DNA from: Paracoccaceae bacterium
GTDB lineage: Bacteria > Pseudomonadota > Alphaproteobacteria > Rhodobacterales > Rhodobacteraceae
Direction of reading: 5' to 3'
DNA: 33,664 bases
NCBI GenBank assembly: GCA_003250135.1
Contig: QKHF01000302.1
Location: 1-33,664, forward strand
The notes beneath the pieces were generated by a model that saw only the letters and a program-made list of their open reading frames with translations, was not told the DNA's origin and searched no databases. Shown in pieces: positions 18,684 through 25,782 of this stretch. The first letter of the stretch is position 1. The number at the start of each line of letters is the position of its first letter. Made by a program: the position numbers and the translations under genes.

Positions 18684-19919
18684 ATGGCGAAGACAAAGAC
18701 GACGACGCACAAGTTCTACGTTGTCGACCTGATCCGCAACAAACCCAAGTCGCAGTATATCGAGATCCCGAAATACCGGGTCGATGTCGAGATCGAGGTC
18801 ACGACCAAGGGCAAGCTTTCGGCCAAGGAAGTCCCGTCGGCCGCGATGGAGCGGCTCGAGAAGACCGCCCGGAAGACTCTGGACGAGTACGAGAAGGTCA
18901 TCACGGAAGAGGCCATCAAGCTCGACAAGAAGATCACCGACCTGATGAAGCAGCCTTCGAAAGCGGCTCAGCAGGAAGCGGAAAAGCTGATCCAGGGGAC
19001 CAACGCGTCGATCAAGAACGCGCTCGATTCAGCCGAAGGCGCGGCGCAGAAGTCGATCGAAGCGCGGCTGAAGAAGGAAGCGCAGGGCGACAAGAACCTG
19101 AAAGAGGCGCGGGTCCGCACCGGCCTGAAGGTGGGCAAGAGCGTGATCAAGATCGCCGGGTCCGTCGGCAAGCTGGTCGCCAGCGCGGGCGCCGATGTTT
19201 CGTCCTATCTCACGATCACCAAGGAACTGGTCAACCTCGGAAAGGAGCTTCAGCAGCAGCTCAAGAACGAGGAGAAGCTTCGCAGCGACCTGCAGAAGGG
19301 CGTCGAGGCCTATGTGGCTTTCCGGGGCGACGAGATCATGAGGGCCGCCAAGAAGATCGGCCTGACCGACACGAAGGGCATCGACTTCAAGAAACCGCGC
19401 GAGGCGATGAAGGTCGTCGCGGATCGGCTCGCCGAGGGCGGCGAGGTCGCAAAGAAGGAGTTTCAGGACCCGAAGTCCGGCCTGACCAAGCTCAAGAGCG
19501 TCGTGATCAGGGGCGTCAAGTCGAAGCTTGCGGACGCGAACAAGGCCCGCCAGAAGTACCGCGAGCACACCACCAAGACGCGGCAAAAGGTCGACTCCAT
19601 GTCCGCCTCCGCCGACAAGCTGCAAAAGGCGATGCGGAGCGCGAAGAACCTGAAAGAGGGCGTGAAGATCGGCGCCCAGTGCATGCAGGTCAAACACGGG
19701 GTCTCGGCCATGGCCAGCAAGCTGGACGACCGCGAGAAATTCCTCGACAGCATGCAGGATATCCTGTCCGAGGCGGGCATGGACATTGACGACCGCACGA
19801 CGCTCGACAAGCTGAAGGAACTGGACAAGAAGACGATCCTGACCGAAGGCAAGGACCTGCTGAAGTCGATCAAGACGGTCAAGGGCGCGATCGAGTCGGT
19901 CGCTTCGGCGGTCGTCTAG
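18684..19919 (+). CDS. Lys-rich, predicted mostly alpha-helical protein of unknown function (T6SS-embedded orphan)
   Basis: AGGGAGGA lies upstream of the ATG. Strong GC3 bias in this frame (AAG, GAG, GTC, ATC codons). 66 Lys in 411 aa by my count. A short beta-like N-terminus (HKFYVVDLI ... YRVDVEIEVTT) is followed by long amphipathic helical sequence. No family recognised. Confidence 0.75.
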   Translation: MAKTKTTTHKFYVVDLIRNKPKSQYIEIPKYRVDVEIEVTTKGKLSAKEVPSAAMERLEKTARKTLDEYEKVITEEAIKLDKKITDLMKQPSKAAQQEAEKLIQGTNASIKNALDSAEGAAQKSIEARLKKEAQGDKNLKEARVRTGLKVGKSVIKIAGSVGKLVASAGADVSSYLTITKELVNLGKELQQQLKNEEKLRSDLQKGVEAYVAFRGDEIMRAAKKIGLTDTKGIDFKKPREAMKVVADRLAEGGEVAKKEFQDPKSGLTKLKSVVIRGVKSKLADANKARQKYREHTTKTRQKVDSMSASADKLQKAMRSAKNLKEGVKIGAQCMQVKHGVSAMASKLDDREKFLDSMQDILSEAGMDIDDRTTLDKLKELDKKTILTEGKDLLKSIKTVKGAIESVASAVV

Positions 19920-20013
19920 GATTGATGCCGGCGCCTCGTCCGCGACTCAAAGCCATCGCTGGGAACGGGTGATGCGCGCGGCGGCGATAAGACGATAGAC
20001 TGCGCGGCGCCCC

Positions 20014-20964
20014 GTGGCGCGGCGCGACAAGATGAGACGAATGACGATGCCCGATTCTGAATCCATAATGAAGGCGCTGACGCCCAAGGGGCTGTCAACG
20101 ATCACCGACACCGAAAGCGTGATGGAGACGTCTCCGGAGGATCACAGCCTGCGCGCCAGGGCGCGGCGTCTGGTCGAGCTCGAAACGTTCAAGAACGTGA
20201 TCATGGTGGTCATCATCATCAGCGCGGTCGCGATCGGGCTGGGAACGGCGCCGTCGATACAGGAGAAGTTTGGCCCCGCGCTTGAACTTCTGGACACGAT
20301 CGTCATCGTGATCTTCGTCGTCGAGCTCGGACTGAAGCTGTTCGGTTACGGCTGGAATTTCTTCAAGTCCGGCTGGAACATTTTCGACCTCGTGATCGTG
20401 ATCATATCTCTGGCGCCGGCCGATGAAAGCCTGAAGGCCCTGCGGACCCTGCGTATCCTGCGGGCGATGCGAATCCTCTCGATCGTGCCGCAGATGCGCA
20501 AGGTCGTGGTGGCGCTGCTGACCGCCCTGCCCGGCATGGCCTCGGTGATCATCGTCCTCGGCATCGTCTTCTACATCTTCGCCGTGATCACGACCCGACT
20601 CTATGGCGAAGCCTTTCAGGACTGGTTCGGAACCGTCGGCCTTTCGCTCTACTCGCTGTTCCAGATCATGACGCTGGAAAGCTGGTCCATGGGCATTGTG
20701 CGTCCGGTGATGGAGGAATTTCCCTACGCCTGGGTGGTGTTCGTGCCCTTCATCATGGTCACGACCTTCGCGGTGGTGAACCTGTTCGTCGGTCTGCTGG
20801 TCAACACGATGCAGGAGGCGGTCGAAGAGGAAAAGGACGCCGAAATCGAGAAGCTGCGCGAACTTGTGCGGGGGGAGAACGCCGCCGTCAGCGCGCAGAT
20901 CACAGAATTACGCAAGCTGGTCCTGGAGCTGCGGGCCTCCGCCCAAAACGACCGGCAAAGTTGA
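20014..20964 (+). CDS. Voltage-gated sodium channel, BacNaV/NaChBac family
   Basis: Six hydrophobic segments. S4 is LRTLRILRAMRIL with four Arg at every third position (about 20431-20502). Pore filter is FQIMTLESWSMGIVRPV (TLESWSM at 20671-20691). C-terminal coiled-coil-like EKLRELV...ITELRKLVLELRA. Start is ambiguous: GTG 20014, or ATG at 20032, 20041, 20047 or 20068. Confidence 0.88.
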   Translation: MARRDKMRRMTMPDSESIMKALTPKGLSTITDTESVMETSPEDHSLRARARRLVELETFKNVIMVVIIISAVAIGLGTAPSIQEKFGPALELLDTIVIVIFVVELGLKLFGYGWNFFKSGWNIFDLVIVIISLAPADESLKALRTLRILRAMRILSIVPQMRKVVVALLTALPGMASVIIVLGIVFYIFAVITTRLYGEAFQDWFGTVGLSLYSLFQIMTLESWSMGIVRPVMEEFPYAWVVFVPFIMVTTFAVVNLFVGLLVNTMQEAVEEEKDAEIEKLRELVRGENAAVSAQITELRKLVLELRASAQNDRQS

Positions 20965-21016
20965 GACCTGATACTCCCGCAAGGCCGTCGCCCCCGACGG
21001 AGATAGGAGCCAAGCC

Positions 21017-22885
21017 GTGAGCGACACCGAGTTCGCACCCAATTTCGGAACCCTCAACGCCCCTGAGCCCGAGCGACGCCCGGACGGGAAGGGCCGCAAG
21101 CGCCTGGCGATTCTGGGTGATTTCTCCGGCCGCGCCACCCGCGGCGAGCTGGAGATCGGCGACGGGCTGGCCAACCGCAAGCCGCTGAAGCTGGACGTCG
21201 ACACGATGGAGCAGCTTCTGCAGCGGCTCGAGGTCAAGGTCCAGTTGCCGATCGGCGCGGACGACTCGGTGATCGAGGTCGAGATCAGCGAGATCGAGTC
21301 CTTCCATCCGGACGAGCTGTACGAGGAGCTGGAGCTGTTCTCGGAACTGGCCGGGCTGCGCCAGCAGCTGAAGAACTCCAGCACCTTCGACCGGGCCGCC
21401 GCCACGGTGCGCGGCTGGGCCGAGGAGGCCGGCGAGAAGCCCAAGCGGAAGAAGAAGCCCAAGGCGGCCGCGGTTGCAGTCGGCGCCCGGCTGTCCGACT
21501 TCGAAAAGCTGATGGGCCAGCGCGTGACCGCCAGCCATGAAGAGGCCGATATCGACAGTCTTCTGGCCAATATCGTCGGCCCGCATATCGTCGCCGCGCC
21601 GGACCCGGAACAGTCGACGATGATTGCGGCGGTCGACGCCGCCCTGTCGGACGCCATGCTCCGCGTGCTGCATCATCCCGACTTCCAGACGGTGGAGGCC
21701 GCGTGGCGGTCCGCCGACCTGCTGACCCGGCGGGTGGAGACCGACGCCGAGCTGCAGCTGGTGATGTACGACGTCTCGGTCGAGGAATTCACCGCCGATC
21801 TCGCCGCGCAGGACGAGCTGAGCGAGAGCGGGCTCTACAAGATGCTGGTTGAGAACCCGGCGCTCGACGAGGATCAGGGCCCCTTGAGCGCGATCTTCGG
21901 GCTCTACGAGTTCGATGAAACCCCGCCCCATGCGGAATTGCTCAGCCGCATCGGCAAGATCGCCCAGCAGGCGCACGCGCCCTTCGTCGCCTCGATGTCG
22001 GCCAATGCGCTGAAGACCGACTGGGATGACCACCATGTGCTGATCCGCGACACCTGGAAGGCGCTGAAGAAATCGCCGGAGGCGGCCTATATCGGCCTCG
22101 CCAGCCCGCGCTTCCTGCTGCGCCACCCCTACGGCGCGAAGTCCGAGCCGGTGGACCCGTTCGATTTCGAGGAGTTCTCCCGCCGCGAAGGCGTCAAGGG
22201 CATGCTGTGGGCGAACCCCGCCGTGCTGGCCTGCGTGATGCTGGCCAAGACCCTGAAGGAGGGCAAGCGCCTCGGCCAGATCATGACCATGGGCGACGTT
22301 CCCTATCACGTGATGGAGGACGAATACGGCGACCAGATCGCCCTGCCGACCACGGAGCGGCTGCTGAACGCGAAGACCGCGCAGAAGCTGGCCAAGCGCG
22401 GCTACATGCCGGTGCTGTCGATCAAGGGCCGCAACGAGGTTCGGCTCGGCTCGTTCCAGTCGCTCAAGGGCAAGCCGATCGCCGGCTTCTGGTCCGGCGC
22501 GCCGATCCCGATCGAGGCGGAGGAGCCCGAGGTCGAGGTGATGATGGTCGCCGGCAAGGCGCCCGAACGGGTCAAGGTCGAAGAGGAGGAAGAGGACGTC
22601 ACGCCCGGTTTCGAAGACGACGATGACGATCTCGATCTTGACCTCGATCTCGACTTCGATCTGGACGATGACAGCGAGGCTGAGGAGTCCGACGGCGACG
22701 ACGACCTGGACCTCGATCTCGACTTCGATCTCGACGACCTGGGCGGCGACGATGACGCCGGCGATGACGACGATGGGATGGACGAGTTGGACGCCCTTCT
22801 GGCCGATCTCGGCGGCGACGACGACGAGGACGACGAAGACGAGGACCTCGACGCCGATCTGGACGCCCTGCTGGCCGATCTTTGA
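21017..22885 (+). CDS. Single-chain TssB-TssC sheath-like paralog, C-terminally truncated, with polyacidic tail
   Basis: GTG follows TAGGAG. Residues about 25-125 align by eye with TssB (LAILGDFSGR ... LKLDVDTMEQLL ... IESFHPDELY). Residues about 165-500 align with TssC (HHPDFQTVEAAWRSADLL, ASPRFLLRHPYG, PVDPFDFEEF). The TssC C-terminal region is absent. The last 101 aa contain 58 Asp/Glu and no Lys/Arg/His. Confidence 0.8.
   Translation: MSDTEFAPNFGTLNAPEPERRPDGKGRKRLAILGDFSGRATRGELEIGDGLANRKPLKLDVDTMEQLLQRLEVKVQLPIGADDSVIEVEISEIESFHPDELYEELELFSELAGLRQQLKNSSTFDRAAATVRGWAEEAGEKPKRKKKPKAAAVAVGARLSDFEKLMGQRVTASHEEADIDSLLANIVGPHIVAAPDPEQSTMIAAVDAALSDAMLRVLHHPDFQTVEAAWRSADLLTRRVETDAELQLVMYDVSVEEFTADLAAQDELSESGLYKMLVENPALDEDQGPLSAIFGLYEFDETPPHAELLSRIGKIAQQAHAPFVASMSANALKTDWDDHHVLIRDTWKALKKSPEAAYIGLASPRFLLRHPYGAKSEPVDPFDFEEFSRREGVKGMLWANPAVLACVMLAKTLKEGKRLGQIMTMGDVPYHVMEDEYGDQIALPTTERLLNAKTAQKLAKRGYMPVLSIKGRNEVRLGSFQSLKGKPIAGFWSGAPIPIEAEEPEVEVMMVAGKAPERVKVEEEEEDVTPGFEDDDDDLDLDLDLDFDLDDDSEAEESDGDDDLDLDLDFDLDDLGGDDDAGDDDDGMDELDALLADLGGDDDEDDEDEDLDADLDALLADL
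22640..22881 (+). repeat. Intragenic direct repeats encoding the acidic tail
   Basis: A 29-nt unit, gacctcgatctcgacttcgatctSgacga, occurs at 22640-22668 and 22709-22737 (28/29 identical, 69 nt apart, in frame; DLDLDFDLDD). A 20-nt unit, gacgccctKctggccgatct, occurs at 22790-22809 and 22862-22881 (19/20, 72 nt apart; DALLADL). Confidence 0.85.
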
Positions 22886-22893
22886 TGCGCGCA

Positions 22894-22915
22894 GGCCGCG
22901 CCGGCAGGCGCGGCC
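22894..22915 (+). terminator. Strong GC hairpin between the sheath-like gene and vgrG
   Basis: GGCCGCGCC-ggca-GGCGCGGCC is a 9-bp stem with a 4-nt loop, followed by CTTGTTG. This is a weak U-tract, so a partial terminator or processing site at best. Confidence 0.35.
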
Positions 22916-22938
22916 CTTGTTGAGACGGGAGGCGCTGA

Positions 22939-25074
22939 ATGCCGGATCTTGCTCTTGAGAACAGGAAATACAAGCTGGAGACCGGCGCCTCGCAGGACCT
23001 GTTCGTGGTCCACATGGTGCGCGAGGAATCGTTCAACTCGCTCTACACGCTCACCTTCGTCGTCGTCGCCGACGAGCACGTCGCGGCCAGCGAGATCGTC
23101 GGGCACGACGCGAAGATGTGGCTGGAGTCCGAGGCGCACGGCAAGACCTGGTATGGCGGCATCTGCACCGACTGCTCCTATGAGGGAATGATCGGCCAGC
23201 TGCATGTCTATCGCCTGATCGTCAGGCCCGAGTTGTGGCTGCTGACCCAGCGCCGCAACCATCGGATTTTCCAGGACGAGCTGGCGATGGACATCGTCGA
23301 CCAGGTGGTCCGCGACGCCGGCATCGACGTGGCGACCCGCAAGGGCGGCGAGTTTCCATCGACCGAGATGCAGGGCGACGACCCACATTCGAAGTTCGAG
23401 CATTGCGTCCAGTACGGCGAGACGGATTTCAACTTCGTCCAGCGCCTGATGGCCGAGGAAGGCATCTTCTACTATTTCGACCACAAGGACCCCAAGCCCG
23501 AGCTGATCGCCGGGCGGGTCAGCAGCGGTCTGGACCAGATCGCCGGCGACACGCTGACCTTCCAGAAGACCGAGACCATCGCCTCGCTGGATGGCGAGCG
23601 GATCTTCGTCTGGCGCTCCAGCCATCTGGTGCGGTCCGAGAAGGCGACTCTGAACGACTACAACCACCAGAACCCGACCGCGGACCTGAAAGTCTCCAAG
23701 GTCATCGAGAACAACAAGAAGTCGGGCTCGGAGCTGGAGCTGTACGACTATCCCGGACGCTATCGCGTCTCCGGGCGCGGCGACGATCTGGTCAAGAACC
23801 GGATGGAGGCGTTCGACGAGCCGACCTCTACCTGGGAAGGCAAAAGCAACATTCCGATCATGGTCGCAGGGCGGCACTTCCAAATGAAGGAGCACCCGGT
23901 CGACGCCTTCAACAACACGTCGTTTCTGATCACCCATTGCAAGCACGTGCTGCGCGCCGAGATGGACCTGATCCAGTCGATCATCTCTAACGGCGCGATG
24001 ACCGACGTTTTCGACGACAAGGAGGAGGCGCTGGCGGGCGTGCAGGCCCAAGGCGGCGACGCCGCTCCGACAGGCGGCGCCATCGACGGCTTTTCATGCG
24101 AATTCCGAGCGCAGGAACTGACCACCCCCTACCGCCCGCCGCAGGACACGCCGAAGCCCATCGCCTATAGCACCGAACCGGCGCTGGTGGTGGGCGACGA
24201 GGAAGAAAAGCCCCACGTGGACGAGTTCGGCCGCATCAAGTGCCATTTCTTCTGGGACCGCGACAGCCAGAAGGACGACACGTCGAGCGCCTGGATCCGG
24301 GTCATGCAGCCGGGCTTCGCCGATGCGCGCTGGGGCCAGCAGTTCATCCCGAGGGTCGGGCAGGAGGTGGTGGTCGCCTTCCAACGCGGCGATCCCGACC
24401 GGCCGATCGTCATCGGCGCGATGTATCACAAGGATTTCAAGCCGCCATACAAGCTGCCCGACAACAAGAGTCAGAGCGGCATCAAGACCAAGTCGCTGTC
24501 GGGCGCCGGCTATCACGAGCTTCTGTTCGACGACAAGGAGAACGAGGAGTACGTGCGCCTGCAGTCCCAGAAGGACTTCCACTTCATCGTCAAGAACAAG
24601 TGGCTGACTTCGATCGGATATGAAGAGATCGACAATCGCGGCATCGACGAAGCGACGCACGCGCCCAGCGATCCGGCCGCCGCGACCGGCGGCAGCGTGA
24701 CGGGCGGCGGCGACGACGGCGACTGCGCTATGAAGATCAAGAACAACTACAATGTCGAGGTCGACCAGGGCGACAACAACTTCAAGGTCTCGACCGGCAA
24801 CCAGAACACCGACGTCGCGACCGACCGCAAGACAACGGTGGGCGGCAACCACGAAGAGACGATCAGCGGCACTCAGGACATCACCATCACGGGGGCGTGC
24901 ACGATCACCTCGAACGCCAGCATCGAGCTGATCGTGGGGGCGTCCTCGATCAAGCTGGAGCCGGCCAAGATCACCATCAGCTCGACCGCGTTCGAGGTGA
25001 AAGGCACGGCGAGCGGCACGGTGGACGGCGGCCTGTCGCTGACCGTCAAGGCCGCGACGGTGAACATCAACTAG
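22939..25074 (+). CDS. vgrG: T6SS spike protein VgrG (TssI), no C-terminal effector domain
   Basis: gp27-like N-terminal half, the gp5 OB region with GQEVVVAFQRGDPDRPIVIGAMYH, then a beta-helix repeat tail ending ATVNIN. 711 aa. Confidence 0.95.
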   Translation: MPDLALENRKYKLETGASQDLFVVHMVREESFNSLYTLTFVVVADEHVAASEIVGHDAKMWLESEAHGKTWYGGICTDCSYEGMIGQLHVYRLIVRPELWLLTQRRNHRIFQDELAMDIVDQVVRDAGIDVATRKGGEFPSTEMQGDDPHSKFEHCVQYGETDFNFVQRLMAEEGIFYYFDHKDPKPELIAGRVSSGLDQIAGDTLTFQKTETIASLDGERIFVWRSSHLVRSEKATLNDYNHQNPTADLKVSKVIENNKKSGSELELYDYPGRYRVSGRGDDLVKNRMEAFDEPTSTWEGKSNIPIMVAGRHFQMKEHPVDAFNNTSFLITHCKHVLRAEMDLIQSIISNGAMTDVFDDKEEALAGVQAQGGDAAPTGGAIDGFSCEFRAQELTTPYRPPQDTPKPIAYSTEPALVVGDEEEKPHVDEFGRIKCHFFWDRDSQKDDTSSAWIRVMQPGFADARWGQQFIPRVGQEVVVAFQRGDPDRPIVIGAMYHKDFKPPYKLPDNKSQSGIKTKSLSGAGYHELLFDDKENEEYVRLQSQKDFHFIVKNKWLTSIGYEEIDNRGIDEATHAPSDPAAATGGSVTGGGDDGDCAMKIKNNYNVEVDQGDNNFKVSTGNQNTDVATDRKTTVGGNHEETISGTQDITITGACTITSNASIELIVGASSIKLEPAKITISSTAFEVKGTASGTVDGGLSLTVKAATVNIN

Positions 25075-25083
25075 GCGGATGCC

Positions 25084-25725
25084 ATGAGCGACGACAAGAA
25101 ATTCGCCGATCTGAAGAAGCTCTCGCCGGAGCCGCTGGCCGAGATCCTGACCCGCGCGACCGTGCGGCTGAAGACCAAGGTCAACCTGCCGCGCGAGGCG
25201 CCTGCGGCCGACTACCTGCCGCTGCTCGAGAAGGCCGAGGCGCCGCTCGACCTACTGATGGCGCTGGCGTACGCCCTACCCGCGCGAGAGGCGGTCTGGT
25301 GGTCGTGCCTCGCCACCCGGCATGACATGGACAAGGAGGAAGCCGACGCCTCGCACCCGATCAAGGCGGCGGAGAACTGGGTGTTCCAGCCCGGCGAAAA
25401 AAACAAGAAGATCGCCGACAAGGTGTTCAAGCGCGCCGCGGGCGACGACCCGGCCAAACTCTGCGTCATGGCCGCGCTTTATGGAGACGGCAAGGTGGAT
25501 TTGGGCGACGACCAGCAGATCGACGCGCCGCCCTATGTCAGCCAGGGCTGCGCTTACAGCGCCATCGTCGGCGCCGCCAGCCGAGCCGAGGAAGGCCTGC
25601 TGGAGCGCGCCGCCCTGCTGATCGAACAGGGGCTCGACATCGCTCGCGGCGGCAACGGCAAGATTGAGAAACCCGGCGGCGCGTCGGCGGATGGCGCTGG
25701 CGCAGCGGGGGGCGGGAATGCATAA
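25084..25725 (+). CDS. Hypothetical protein between vgrG and PAAR (candidate adaptor or cargo)
   Basis: 213-aa GC3-rich ORF starting 10 nt after the vgrG stop. Contains REAVWWSCLATRH and a Gly/Ala-rich C-terminus. No family recognised. Confidence 0.65.
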   Translation: MSDDKKFADLKKLSPEPLAEILTRATVRLKTKVNLPREAPAADYLPLLEKAEAPLDLLMALAYALPAREAVWWSCLATRHDMDKEEADASHPIKAAENWVFQPGEKNKKIADKVFKRAAGDDPAKLCVMAALYGDGKVDLGDDQQIDAPPYVSQGCAYSAIVGAASRAEEGLLERAALLIEQGLDIARGGNGKIEKPGGASADGAGAAGGGNA

Positions 25726-25782
25726 TCGTTCAAAATCAAGGGCGCGCGCCAGTCGGACGTCGCGCCATGAGGAGATAAGGCC

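Noticed and set aside
15870-18710. 946-aa ORF on the minus strand opposite clpV. Similar long antisense ORFs occur at 4768-6246, 8934-10039, 20900-22309, 22402-24051, 25276-27012, 28240-29571, 29702-30811 and 31376-33277.
   Set aside because: They lie exactly antisense to genes with unmistakable conserved motifs. Their translations are Arg/Gly/Pro/His/Leu-rich low complexity with no motifs. Long stop-free antisense frames are expected in GC3-rich coding DNA.
18677-19789. 370-aa same-strand alternate-frame ORF overlapping the Lys-rich gene (Arg/Gly/Glu/Asp-rich product).
   Set aside because: This is a by-product of the T-poor AAG/GAG-rich sequence, in which shifted frames rarely meet stop codons. 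The third-position G/C bias fits the 18684 frame, not this one.
22620-22885. Short direct repeats (gatctcgac-type) that superficially resemble a repeat array.
   Set aside because: They are in-frame codon repeats (GAC/CTC/GAT/CTG for Asp and Leu) inside a continuous ORF. There is no repeat-spacer periodicity, so this is not CRISPR or a mobile-element terminus.
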